Shown here in pieces: positions 20,378 through 30,661 of a DNA stretch of 64,000 bases; within the stretch, counting starts at the first letter, position 1; the number at the start of each line of letters is the position of its first letter. The position numbers were made by a program, and so were the translations under genes. The stretch covers positions 98,187-162,186 of the forward strand of contig CAVUXE010000044.1 of assembly GCA_963745235.1 (NCBI GenBank). Reading direction: 5' to 3'. The DNA comes from an uncultured Spirochaetota bacterium (GTDB lineage Bacteria; Spirochaetota; Spirochaetia; SZUA-6; Fen-1364). The notes beneath the pieces were generated by a model. That model ran no database searches and was not told where the DNA came from. It was given only the letters and a program-made list of their open reading frames with translations.

Positions 20378-21403
20378 TCAATCCTGCACCGTGATCATGA
20401 CCTTCATGGCCTGTTCGCGGTTGGCATCGATATACTCATATGCCTTCTTGTAGTCCGCGAACGCGAAATGATTGGTCACAAGCGGAGCGAGCTTCACCCT
20501 CTGCGAGCCGATCAGCTCGATTGCTTTCTTCCAGTCAGGCTCCTGGTACATGAGGGTCCCGATGAGGCGAAGCTCTCTATCCTGGACGGTGCCCATGTCC
20601 ACCTGCGGCTTGTCCCCGAACACTCCGACAACCACGATGTCCGTCCCCTTGCGCGCCACGGAGATTGCCTGGGATATCGTCGGGCCCGCCCCCACGCATT
20701 CCAGGATGAGGTCCGCCTTCTCCTCCCCGAAGCTGTCCCGGATCCGGGCTGACAGGTCTTCCCTGGCAGTGTTCACCGCGAAATCCACCCCGCACTCCCG
20801 GGCGAGCCCGAGACGGTAGTCTGACACATCGGTGATCATCACCTGTGCCGCGCCCATGCCGCGCGCCACCTGCGACGTGAGATTGCCAATAGGCCCCGCC
20901 CCCAGGATGAGCACCTTTCTCCCTTTCACGCCGCCGCCGCGCGTGACTGCATGCACGCCGACCGCCGTGGGCTCCACCATCGCACCGTGGTCGTAGCTGG
21001 TGCCGGACGGGAGCTTCAAGACCAGCCGCGCGTCCAGCGCGAAAAGCTCGGATCCGGCCCCCGTGGTCTGAAAACCCATGACCTTCAGGTTGTCGCAGAT
21101 ATGGTAGGCGCCGTGGGTGCAGGAGTAGCATTTTCCGCACGTCACCTGCGGCTGGAAAGTGGCGGGATCCCCGGTCCTGAGACCCTTCACTCCCGGGCCA
21201 AGCTTTTCAACGACTCCCGAAACCTCGTGCCCCTGCACGACAGGGTATGGGGTCAAGGCATGTTTTCCGTGATAGACGTGGATATCCGACCCGCAGACGC
21301 CGATGCGTTTGATGCGCAGGAGGACCTGCCCCGGGCCCGGCTCAGGGGCCGGCACGTCCCTGAACTCGATGACCCCGGGAGAAGTCATGACGGCCTGTTT
21401 CAT
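20378..21403 (-). CDS. Zn-dependent sugar/polyol alcohol dehydrogenase
   Basis: GVCGSDIH, GHE, CGKCYSC...C, GAGPIG. Confidence 0.9.
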   Translation of the reverse strand: MKQAVMTSPGVIEFRDVPAPEPGPGQVLLRIKRIGVCGSDIHVYHGKHALTPYPVVQGHEVSGVVEKLGPGVKGLRTGDPATFQPQVTCGKCYSCTHGAYHICDNLKVMGFQTTGAGSELFALDARLVLKLPSGTSYDHGAMVEPTAVGVHAVTRGGGVKGRKVLILGAGPIGNLTSQVARGMGAAQVMITDVSDYRLGLARECGVDFAVNTAREDLSARIRDSFGEEKADLILECVGAGPTISQAISVARKGTDIVVVGVFGDKPQVDMGTVQDRELRLIGTLMYQEPDWKKAIELIGSQRVKLAPLVTNHFAFADYKKAYEYIDANREQAMKVMITVQD

Positions 21404-21581
21404 CCAACCCTCCGTGTGTTTCCGATTATGGACGGGTGCCCGGGTTTGTCAAGGTTGGGCATTCATTCGAGCTCCCGGCACGCGCTGGCCCCTGTGTCCG
21501 GGTATTGTCCGGGAGGCGGTCTTTTTGTAAAATCGTGCTATTCGTACAAAAGGCGCGACAAACGGACAACCGCTCGGGGTA

Positions 21582-22820
21582 GACCTTGCCCTCCTCAAGC
21601 GGCTGGGGACCGAGTACCAGGCCTCCACGGGGCTTCCCCTTCTCCTGGTGGACGCCCGGGGCCGTGCCCTCTGGAGCCTCCGGGGATGTCCCCTGTGCGC
21701 GCGGCTGTCCTCCTCCCGCCGGCAGGAGGAGCTCTGCGGCGACCACGAGCGGCGCTCCGTGGAAGAGTCTCTTCGCTGGGGAGAGCCCTACATCTCGGTC
21801 TGTCCCTTCGGCCTGGTCACCTTTGCCGTCCCCCTGTCCCGTGACAAGAAGCTCGTCGCCGGACTCGTCAGCGGTTTCTGCATCTTTCCGCAGATGCAGA
21901 AGGATATCCGGGAGGATGTCCTGCGCGGCATTCGTCGGTTCCGCCTGCGCACCCGCGTTGGTCCCCGCTCGCGACTGTCCTTCCCCGTTGTTCCGTCGGA
22001 CATCCTTCGCCGCAACGCGGCACTCCTGTTCGACCTGACGGGCAGGTACGGCGCCAACGACCTGGAGATGATCCACGAGAGCCGGGAGCGCAGCATCCAG
22101 CAGTTCACGATTGCGAACTTCCTGGAAGATGCGCGAAAGGAAAAGCAGGACCTCGTGTCCTCGCTCGTCCGGATGCAGAACGAGATCATCGACAAGGTCG
22201 TGCTGGGAGACCTCAGCGGCTCCCGGGAGATCATCAACAGGTACCTGGGCGCCATCCTCCTGGAGACCGGCATGAACTTCAACCGGCTGAAAGTCCGGCT
22301 GCTGGAGCTGATCGTCATCATCTCCCGCGCGGCCATTGAGAAGGGCATCAGCGCGGAAGGGCTCCTCGGCCCGCGCTATTCCTTCCTCACGGACATCAAT
22401 GCGGCAGAGAACTTCGATGACCTGTTCTGGAAAGTCACCAAGGTGCTTGAGAACTTCAATCGGACCGTGCTGGAGGAGATCGGCCGCAAGGCCTGGGCGC
22501 ACATGACCAGGATGAAGGACCATGTGCAGAAACATTTCACGGAGAAGGTCTCCGCCGCGGAGGTAGCCGCCGTGGCCGGACTGAGCGTCAGCCGCGCGCT
22601 GCACCTGTTTCACACGGAGAGCGGGATGTCCCTCTCGGCTTTCATCGCGAGGCGCAGGATCGACTTCGCAAAATACCTGCTTTCCAACACGGACCGAAGC
22701 ATCGCGGCAATCGCGACGGACTGCGGCTTTTTCGACCAGAGCCATTTCTCCCGGACGTTTGCCTCGCTGGAGGGGCTGCCGCCTCTGAGGTATCGGACAC
22801 GCACCCGGGGGTCAGGCTGA
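21582..22820 (+). CDS. PocR sensory domain + AraC-type HTH transcription regulator (start uncertain)
   Basis: CPLC...C..H, GEPYISVCPFGL..FAVP PocR-like motif; C-terminal IATDCGFFDQSHFSRTF AraC HTH; frame stays open upstream of the GTG at 21648. Confidence 0.85.
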   Translation, partial: DLALLKRLGTEYQASTGLPLLLVDARGRALWSLRGCPLCARLSSSRRQEELCGDHERRSVEESLRWGEPYISVCPFGLVTFAVPLSRDKKLVAGLVSGFCIFPQMQKDIREDVLRGIRRFRLRTRVGPRSRLSFPVVPSDILRRNAALLFDLTGRYGANDLEMIHESRERSIQQFTIANFLEDARKEKQDLVSSLVRMQNEIIDKVVLGDLSGSREIINRYLGAILLETGMNFNRLKVRLLELIVIISRAAIEKGISAEGLLGPRYSFLTDINAAENFDDLFWKVTKVLENFNRTVLEEIGRKAWAHMTRMKDHVQKHFTEKVSAAEVAAVAGLSVSRALHLFHTESGMSLSAFIARRRIDFAKYLLSNTDRSIAAIATDCGFFDQSHFSRTFASLEGLPPLRYRTRTRGSG

Positions 22821-22829
22821 GAGCCGGCG

Positions 22830-23937
22830 TCAGATTGACGGCGTGTTTGCCAGGCCTCCCTCGACGTCATGCCGCTCCCGGGCCAGCTCGAATGAGCCTG
22901 TCGATCAGCTCCCGGTAGGAGAGACCGCTTGCCTCCCAGAGCTTGGGGTACATGCTGATTTTCGTGAAGCCCGGGATGGTGTTGATCTCGTTGACGAGCA
23001 CCTCCCCGGTGTCGCGAACGAACATGTCCACCCTTGCCATCCCCTCACAGCAGAGGACCTTGAATGCTTCAACCGCCAGGCCGCGCACGCGGTCGCTTGT
23101 TGCCGGATCCAGCGCGGCGGGGATCACGAGCTCGGCGCCGTTCTCATCGATGTACTTCGCTTCGTAGTCGTAAAAATGGTGGCCGCCGCGCGTGCGAATT
23201 TCCCCGGGGAGGGAAGCGAGGGGCTCGGCGTTCCCGAGGACCGCGCACTCCACCTCCCTGCCGACAATACATTCCTCGAGGATTACCTTCGTGTCGTAAC
23301 GGAACGCCTCGGTGACCGCTCGCTCGTAATCTCCGGGCGATTCGACCTTGCTGACTCCGACAGATGAGCCCAGGTTCGCCGGCTTCACGAATACCGGCGC
23401 GCCCAGGGAGCCCGTTGCCGCCTCATAACCGACGCGGGGCTCTCCCCTGCGCATCACGAGAAACCGGGGGATGGGTATCCCGGCGTCCCGCAAGAGCCGT
23501 TTCATCACGTCCTTATCCATTCCGACGGCGGAGCCGAGGATACCGGCGCCCACGCAGGGGAGGTTCGCCAGCTTGCACAACCCCTGGACGGACCCGTCCT
23601 CTCCGTATGGCCCGTGGAGCACCGGAAAGACAACGTCGATCTGTGATGACTCTCCACCCGGTGAGAGGCTCAGGAGGCTGCTATCCTGCCCGCGCGCCAC
23701 CAGGGCCACCTCGGCGGATCCCGAAGCGGATACGCTGGGCAGGGGATGGGAAGCATCGAAAAGCAGGCGCGCTTGTTCCTGCCGGTACCATCGCCCTTCC
23801 CGGTCGATGCCAATGAGGATGGGCTCGTACTTCCCAGGGTCCAGGGCCTCCAGCACGTTCTTCGCGGATTGCAGTGAGACCTCGTGCTCGGCGGACCTTC
23901 CTCCGAATACCACGGCAACTCTGACTTTCCTCGCCAT
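22830..23937 (-). CDS. ddl: D-alanine--D-alanine ligase (probable frameshift near 3' end)
   Basis: GGRSAEHEVS, LHGPYGEDG, KPANLGSSVG, FYDYEAKY, NEINTIPGFT. Confidence 0.95.
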
Positions 23938-23950
23938 GGGCGCAGGGTAC

Positions 23951-24056
23951 GCGCCGGGCCGCCGCCTGTCCACCGGGTGCGATGCGCGCCGGGCCGCCGC
24001 CCGTCCATCGGGCGCGGTGCACGCCGGGCCGCCGCCCCGTCCATCGGGTGCGGTGC
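23951..24056. repeat. Tandem repeat, 3 x 35-36 bp, between divergent ddl and ABC ATPase promoters
   Basis: Units at 23951, 23986, 24021 of consensus GCGCCGGGCCGCCGCCCGTCCATCGGGTGCGGTGC. Confidence 0.9.
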
Positions 24057-24095
24057 GCCCTTGCCTCGGTCTCCACCCTCCCGTACCCTTTTGGC

Positions 24096-24893
24096 ATGGA
24101 AATCGAGGTCCGCTTCGAGCACGTTTCCTTTCGATACGAGGAATCACGGCTCGGGGAGAAGGTCTTCATGGACGTTACGCTGGACCTGCCTCCCGGGGTG
24201 ATTTCCCTGGTCGGACAGAACGGCGCGGGGAAGACCACCTTCCTCCTGCTGGCCGGCGGCGTCCTGCTTCCGGACCAGGGGAAGGTGTTCCTCCGCGGGA
24301 TTGACACCGCCGATCTTCGCGACGAGGAGAGGCGCCATCGCCTGGCATCGATCGTCTACCAGAATCTCGAGTTTGAAACAGAGAAGACCATCGGCGAGCT
24401 CCTGCACGAGGTGCATTCCACCGGGTTCCATGAGCGCAAGAGCGAGAACCTGGTGACAGAGCTGACAGAGGTCTTCGAGCTTGCCCCGTTTCTCGGCCGC
24501 AGGACGCAGGAGGTGAGCAAGGGGGAGCTCCAGCGCACCATCGTCGCGTTCAGTCTCCTTTACGGATCCCCCATCCTCCTGATGGATGAGCCGATTTTCG
24601 CGCTGGAGGATGCGCAGAAGGAACGAGTGATGAAATACCTGTGCGACTTCGCGCGCGCCAACGGCCTGTGCCTCCTGTATTCCCTGCACGAGCTTGACCT
24701 CTCCGAGCGCTATTCCGATTTCCTGCTCCTGTTTCCGCCGGACGGCCGCCCCCAGCTTGGCCGCACGCGGGAGATGTTCACCCGGGAAAAAATCGAAGAG
24801 GCCTACCAGGTCCCCTTCGTCATGCTGCGGCACAAGGAAGAGGTCTTCCGCCAGCGGCTTATCGACGCGGACCGCGCGCGCCGCGGACCATAG
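24096..24893 (+). CDS. Orphan ABC-transporter ATP-binding protein
   Basis: GQNGAGKTT, SKGELQR, LLMDEP, SLHEL; TTGCCT-N17-TACCCT promoter 6 nt before ATG. Confidence 0.85.
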   Translation: MEIEVRFEHVSFRYEESRLGEKVFMDVTLDLPPGVISLVGQNGAGKTTFLLLAGGVLLPDQGKVFLRGIDTADLRDEERRHRLASIVYQNLEFETEKTIGELLHEVHSTGFHERKSENLVTELTEVFELAPFLGRRTQEVSKGELQRTIVAFSLLYGSPILLMDEPIFALEDAQKERVMKYLCDFARANGLCLLYSLHELDLSERYSDFLLLFPPDGRPQLGRTREMFTREKIEEAYQVPFVMLRHKEEVFRQRLIDADRARRGP

Positions 24894-24905
24894 GGGAGAC
24901 GGAGA

Positions 24906-25562
24906 ATGCCGCTTGAAAGGCCGCTCGTCCTTGCTCACCGCGGGGTGCACGGCGTGCACCGGGAAAACTCGCTTGCCGCTTTCAAGGCCGCCTACGTGGG
25001 CGGAGCGGACGGAATCGAATGCGACGTCCAGAAAGCGGGGGACGGCGAATACGTCATTGTTCACGACCCTCCTCCTGCGCCCCCGGGCTCGCCTTCCCTG
25101 GACTCCATGCTCGCCTCACTGCCCCGCGGGGCCTTTCTCAACCTCGAGCTGAAAGCGGATACGCTGCTGCCGTCGGATTGCGCGCCGATCTACGAGGCCC
25201 TCCAGCGCCGCGCGACCCCCGGTCCCGTCCTTGTCTCCTCTTTCGAGCCTGCGCTCCTCCCCTATTTCAAGTCGCGGGACATTCCCATCGGGCTTCTCAT
25301 TGGGGAGGAGGCGGCAAAGATGGGAATGGCGGGCATGGCGCGGGAGATCTGGAGGCTCAAGCCTGATTATCTCAACCTGCCGATACTCATGTTTGAGATG
25401 CTCGGCAGGCGCAGGGCGCTCCTCCTGACACGTGCGATGCGGGCACTCGGTTTTTCCCTGGCGTTCTGGACTGTCAACAGTCTGGAGGAGGCCGCCATGG
25501 TGGCGAAGCTGGCACGGATAATCATCACGGATGAGGTTGAAAGCATCAGGGGTATGGTGTGA
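24906..25562 (+). CDS. Glycerophosphodiester phosphodiesterase family
   Basis: AHRG, ENSLAAF, IECDVQ, VHD, NLELK, SSF, WTVN, IITD. Confidence 0.88.
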   Translation: MPLERPLVLAHRGVHGVHRENSLAAFKAAYVGGADGIECDVQKAGDGEYVIVHDPPPAPPGSPSLDSMLASLPRGAFLNLELKADTLLPSDCAPIYEALQRRATPGPVLVSSFEPALLPYFKSRDIPIGLLIGEEAAKMGMAGMAREIWRLKPDYLNLPILMFEMLGRRRALLLTRAMRALGFSLAFWTVNSLEEAAMVAKLARIIITDEVESIRGMV

Positions 25563-25662
25563 CTGGGGACTGGTGGTGCTGCATGCGATGCGCACTCTGC
25601 GCCGACACGATATGATTGTAGGAAGGAGCGCCCACGCACATGCGTAGTTCAAGGACGGCCCT

Positions 25663-26067
25663 ATGAAGACTGATTCCCTGAAGGTGTCCGCGGTGATCCC
25701 AGCCGCCCGGGAGGCCGTCTACAAGGCATGGCTGAACGACAAGGAGCACGGCGCCATGACCGACACTCCTGCCGCGAAGATCTCTGCCCGTGTGGGCGGC
25801 AAGTTCACGGCGGGAGGCGGCTACATGTGGGGCAAGACCCTGGAGCTGGATCCCCCGAGGAGAATCGTGCAGTCCTGGCGCACAACTGAGTTTCCCGAAG
25901 AAGCGCCGGACTCCCGCCTTGAGATCGACCTGGAAGAAGCGCGGGGCGGCACGAGAATAACCATAACGCAGACGGAAATCCCCTCCGGCCAGGGAGAGAG
26001 CTACCGGCAGGGCTGGATCGACTACTACTTCACCCCGATGAAGAAGTACTTTTCGCGAAAGGAATAG
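25663..26067 (+). CDS. SRPBCC/AHSA1-family protein
   Basis: VYKAWL, GGKF, IVQSWR, GWIDYYF.PMK.YF. Confidence 0.85.
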   Translation: MKTDSLKVSAVIPAAREAVYKAWLNDKEHGAMTDTPAAKISARVGGKFTAGGGYMWGKTLELDPPRRIVQSWRTTEFPEEAPDSRLEIDLEEARGGTRITITQTEIPSGQGESYRQGWIDYYFTPMKKYFSRKE

Positions 26068-26871
26068 ATGGCAGGTTCACCGGCCGCGAATCGCGGACTT
26101 CACTCGCTCGTGCTGGCCGCGCCGTTTCTCATCCTCGGATTCTCGGCCTTCCTCGGGTCATGCGCCTCCTTCGAACCCCCCGGTCAATCCTCCTATTGGC
26201 ACCCGGTTGCCAACCCCTACCCGGCAACCAATGCCGCGCAGTCGTCTTCCCCGGAGCGTCCCGTTGCAGGCGCAGCACAGCAGGCTCCGCTGCGCGCCAC
26301 GGAGGACCCGGCCGTCGTGGCGCTTCGGGCAAAGCTTGTTGAAGGGGCGCGCTCGGTGATCGGCAGCAGGGATCTTTCCATCCGTGGGAGAAGATTCACG
26401 ATGGACTGCACGGGTACGGTCCTTGCCATCTACTGGTACGCTGGAATAGACCTGTCCCAGGATTTCAGCAGGCTCAAGGGGAGCGGCGTGTCGCGGATCT
26501 ACCAGACCCTGCAGCGCCGAAATCTCCTCTACACCACCGCGCACCCTCTGTCGGGAGACATCATCTTCTGGGATAACACCTACGATGAGGATGGCTTCGA
26601 GGGCCAGCCGAATCCGCTCTCCCACATGGGTATGGTGGTGAGCGTCGACCAGGGGGGCACCATCGCGTACGTGCACTACCATATCCGCCGCGGCATCACG
26701 ATAGACTCCATGAACCTGGAGAGCCCCGACGTGCAGAGCCGGATGGAGAACGGCAGCCTCAAGGTGATCAACTCCCCGCTCCGCCTGGCCGTTCCCGGCC
26801 GGCCGCACGCGCCCCGCTGGCTTGCCGGGCAGCTCTACCGCGCCATGGGCCTGGGTTACCTCCTGGAATAG
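26068..26871 (+). CDS. NlpC/P60-CHAP superfamily lipoprotein (cell-wall peptidase)
   Basis: Lipobox LGSC; DCTG catalytic Cys, GDIIFWDNTYD, SHMGMV catalytic His. Confidence 0.7.
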   Translation: MAGSPAANRGLHSLVLAAPFLILGFSAFLGSCASFEPPGQSSYWHPVANPYPATNAAQSSSPERPVAGAAQQAPLRATEDPAVVALRAKLVEGARSVIGSRDLSIRGRRFTMDCTGTVLAIYWYAGIDLSQDFSRLKGSGVSRIYQTLQRRNLLYTTAHPLSGDIIFWDNTYDEDGFEGQPNPLSHMGMVVSVDQGGTIAYVHYHIRRGITIDSMNLESPDVQSRMENGSLKVINSPLRLAVPGRPHAPRWLAGQLYRAMGLGYLLE

Positions 26872-26965
26872 GTCCCGAAGCGGACCTCGAAGCGGGCGCC
26901 GCCACCGATGCCTGGCCGATGGGCGCTCACCCGCAGGACAGGGCAGCGGAGCAAACGCAAAACCA

Positions 26966-26995
26966 TTGACAATTCACCGGCGAGGGATGCAGACT
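26966..26995 (+). promoter_or_regulatory. Sigma70-type promoter of the 27003-31558 operon (leaderless)
   Basis: TTGACA-N18-CAGACT then 7 nt to ATG 27003; no RBS. Confidence 0.55.
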
Positions 26996-27002
26996 GCCAC
27001 AA

Positions 27003-27641
27003 ATGCCCCCAAAGCATCCTTTCCTGCTGTATCTGAGGTCACGTCTGTCTGTCGCGCTCGCCGCGACGGGCGCGGCGCTGGTTGTCCTTTCTCTGGCCCT
27101 GTTGCGGGGACATTCGCTGATCCCCGTCGTCGTGATCGTCATCGTCTACGCCGCGGTCACCGGGTTTGTCTTCTTCTCCCGCAGTGGAGCCAGGGAGATT
27201 GTGCGGGAAGGCGATGAAGACCGGCTCGCCATCGTCCGCCGGAAGATCGCTCACTACGAGGGGCTGAGAGATCGCATCTCTGTCCTGCGGCTCGGGGATG
27301 AGCGGGTCAGCAAGGCAATCGAGTACTTCCTCCAGGAATCCGGCGCGTACCTGGAAAAGTGCAGAGAGCTCACGAGCTACTCCCCCCTTGCCAACGAGAG
27401 GATCGAACGGGTCCAGGAGATCTGCCAGGTCTTCCTGGGGGAGCGGGATGAGGAATCAACGGGCCGCCGCTACGGTGTCCCCGGCAGCCCGGAGGCACCC
27501 GCGGGAGATGCGGCGGAGGGATTTGCGCGGGACATCCTGGAGTGCGCGGGGGTCATCAAGGCGAGGACTGTGGAGGACCTGCTCGGCATGACCGACGAGG
27601 AACGCCTGGAAATCACAAAAGGACTGGAAGAAACGAAATGA
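27003..27641 (+). CDS. Hypothetical membrane protein (2 N-terminal TM helices + helical domain)
   Basis: Two hydrophobic segments then charged helical domain; ATGA coupling to next gene. Confidence 0.7.
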   Translation: MPPKHPFLLYLRSRLSVALAATGAALVVLSLALLRGHSLIPVVVIVIVYAAVTGFVFFSRSGAREIVREGDEDRLAIVRRKIAHYEGLRDRISVLRLGDERVSKAIEYFLQESGAYLEKCRELTSYSPLANERIERVQEICQVFLGERDEESTGRRYGVPGSPEAPAGDAAEGFARDILECAGVIKARTVEDLLGMTDEERLEITKGLEETK

Positions 27642-29266
27642 GAAAGACCCTCATTGCATGCTTCGTTGCTCTCTGCGCGGCCGCGCTGGGCGCCTTTGGC
27701 GTTTCGGCGGACCTGAAATCCGTTGAGATGGACATCGTGGTGAGAACCGACGGGAAAGCGGACTTCTACGAGAGCCTGGACTGGCAGGCCACGGGCGGTT
27801 TGATGCACGGATTCTACTTCCAGGGGGCGGCTGTCAGGCCCGTGTTCAACAGGGAGCAGTGCTACGCGGACCTTGGCAACAAGAAGCGCGTTGGCCTGGA
27901 CATCACGGACCTCGGCTCGGGCAGGTACGACGTCGTGCTTGCCGGCGGCCAGGGGTTCACGGGCAGGGCCCTGTACTTCCTTGCGTACGGGGGAGACCTG
28001 GCCGGCGGGGGCCTGATCGGCTGGACAAAATCCGCGGACTTCGGGGAGCTTTTCTACTTCGATTGGGCTGCAGAGCAGTGGGATCAGCCCCTGGAGCACC
28101 GGACTGTCCGAATCGTTTTTCCCGTGATCGTGGCGGGAGAAAAGCTTGCATCGGGAGCGCTTGACAGCCTGGGCTTTCGAACCGAGCCGTTCGTGAACCA
28201 GGAGAACGGCATCGATGCGTTCGGAACAAAAGGAACTGACGGGAAGTACTACCTGACCCTGAGGTTCAACCAGGACGGCGTGGCTGCGCGCCAGACGCAG
28301 CGGCTCCAGTTCTACCTCAAGAGGGCCGCAATCCCCATGCAGGCGGGGATCCTCACTCAGTCGACATCAGGGGGACAGGGCGCACCAGCGGCGGGCAGCA
28401 CAGCGCCGGCTGCTCAGGCTGCATCCCGGCCGCAGCTCAGTCCGGAGGTCATGGGAGTTGTTTTCGGGATCGTTCTTATCGTCATCCTTCTTCTGTATGT
28501 CCTGAAGGCTCGCGGCTACGGAAGGACCATGGAGAAGGTGGAAGGAATCCGGTGGGCAGGGGACAACTGGATTCCTCCCAAGCTGTCGGCGGCACCTACC
28601 AGGTCAAGGGCAAGATCGCGAAGGACCTGCACCCCGTGGAGGTCGCGCTGCTCCTTGAAATGCCGCTGCAGAAGGTGGTGGCCATCATGCTGGAAGGCCT
28701 CAAGCGCCAGGGCATCATCGAGGTGGTGAAGGAGGACCCTCTCCAGATAAAGATCCTGACCGCGCGAAAGGCGGAGCACGAATACGAGGAGCTGTTCCTG
28801 CAGTCCTTCGACACCGCGGCGCTGGTGCTCTCAGGCCTGCTGGCCGATTTCTTCGAGAAGGTCCTGGCAAAGCTGCAGGAGAAGATCTGGGACTGCGACA
28901 TCGATGCGACAAGGGATTACTACCGCAAGAAACTGGAGCAGAGGGAGGAGACCGAGCAGGACCGGGTGGAGCCCTACTACTGGTACTGGTCCTCCTACCG
29001 CTGGATCTTCTGGAACACGGCGGTCTACTCGCACGTGCACCTGCCCCACGACTTTTCCGCGGGCTACCAGACCTTCATGGCCTCCGCGTCCTGCTTCAAG
29101 GGATGCTTCGCCCCGCCCCAGGCTGACCACGGGCGGCGTGGGAGCCTGCTACTCCGCGTGCCACAACGCGTGCCACTCCGCGTGCCACCATGCATGCCAC
29201 TCCGCATGTCATTCGGCGTGCCACTCCGCATGCCATTCGGCCTGCGTGTCGGGGGGCGCGCATTGA
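27638..29266 (+). CDS. DUF2207-like membrane protein with C-terminal (ACHS)n Cys/His repeat tail (two apparent frameshifts, near 28585 and 29115)
   Basis: Signal peptide [24 protein letters not shown]2207-like start ([17 protein letters not shown]), one TM helix, cytoplasmic domain ([17 protein letters not shown]), tail [41 protein letters not shown]. Confidence 0.65.
29144..29251 (+). repeat. Coding 12-bp tandem repeat x9 encoding A-C-(H/Y/V)-(S/N/H)
   Basis: GCN TGY CAY TCN units with synonymous third-position variation. Confidence 0.9.
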
Positions 29267-30661
29267 GGCCGCCGTCCGCAAAGCGGGCCGCGGCGCCCCG
29301 CAGCGTCGCTGACTCCCTGGGCTGGGTGGATCGAGTTCTTCCGCGAAGCAGGGGATCACATCTTTGCCCGAGAGGAAGACGACGTGATCATTCTCCCGCC
29401 GAACCAGGTCTACAAGGCCAACGCAACGGGCATCGCCATCGTGCGGCACATGCTCGCGGGCGGCAGCGTCCGCACCATTCCCGGGATCGAGCAGGAGGAG
29501 AGGGCGCGCCAGGTGGCGGAGTTCGCATTCCGTCTTCGCGCGTTGTATCTCGCGGAGCCTGTCGACCTGCCCCCCTTGGAAACCGTTCCCTACTCTTTTC
29601 AGTTCACCCGGCTCCCGATTCTCGGAGAGATCGCTGTCACGTGGCGGTGCAACAACGCGTGTCGTTTCTGCTATGCCGGCTGCGGGGCAGAAACCAGGGC
29701 AGGCACGCCTCGCGCTGTTTCAGGGGCTGACGGCGTGGAGATGAGCCTCCGCGACGTGAAGCGCATTCTCCAGATCTTTCGGGATGACGCGCGGATTCCC
29801 TTCTTCTCCTTCACGGGCGGAGAGCCGCTTCTGAGACCCGACCTGGAGGAAATGATACGCCATGCTCGCCGGCTCGGCCTTCAGGTGAATCTGGTGACCA
29901 ACGGAACGCTCGCGGACCATTCGCGAGCCGAGAGCCTTTTCCGGGCCGGCCTTCGCACCGCGCAGGTCAGCGTGGAGAGCCCGGACGAGCAGGTCCATGA
30001 CCGGCTCGACGCGACGACCGGGATCCTGGCGCGGCACCCTGGAAGGGATCCGAGCCATGGCAGGCGCGGGAATCTCTGTCCAGACGAATACCACCGTGAC
30101 GGCGCTCACGACCGCGGATGCGTTCAGAATGCCGGCGTTTCTCAGGAGCCTCGGGGTTGCAAGGTTCGCGATGAACCTCTATATCCCCGGGCGGCAACGG
30201 CGCCATGGCAGGACAAGACGAGCTTTTCCTCCCCTATCCCGGGCCGGGGCTATCATCGACAGCGTGCGCGCGGCCGCCCGGCGCGAGGGCCTGGCGTTCT
30301 ACTGGTACTCGCCCATTCCGCACTGCCACTACAACACCATCGCGCGCGGGCTGGGGAACAAGTCCTGCGCCGCCATGGATGGCCTCCTGTCCGTCTCTCC
30401 GGCGGGCGACGTGCTCCCCTGCTCCTCGTATCCGAGCCCATGGGAAACCTCCTCCAGACGGAGTTCCGCGAGATCTGGTTTTCCGACCGGGCGCAATTCT
30501 TCAAACACAAGAGGTATGCGCCTTCGGAATGCGAGGGATGCGAAAGCTTCACCGCCTGCCAGGCGGCCTGCCCGCTGTACTGGCAGCAGGCGGGCACGGC
30601 GGAGATCAGAAATGGGCATCGGCCGGCCGCGTGCGCCGCATTGCGAGGAGAGAAGAAAGAA
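29263..30661 (+). CDS. Radical SAM/SPASM enzyme with N-terminal PqqD/RRE-like domain (several apparent frameshifts)
   Basis: [21 protein letters not shown]; SPASM C-x12-G-x4-C ([19 protein letters not shown]) and C-x2-C-x5-C-x3-C ([14 protein letters not shown]); TTG start overlaps previous TGA. Confidence 0.85.

Noticed and set aside
23951-24056. CRISPR array
   Set aside because: Units are head-to-tail with no unique spacers and no cas genes.
29144-29251. CX3CH heme c attachment motifs in the repeat tail
   Set aside because: The motifs overlap each other, no canonical CXXCH is present, the tail is predicted cytoplasmic, and no cytochrome maturation genes are nearby.
29144-29266. His-Xaa-Ser (HxsA) precursor
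   Set aside because: The period is 4 residues with invariant Cys rather than the 3-residue HxS repeat, and only one rSAM is present with no HxsD.
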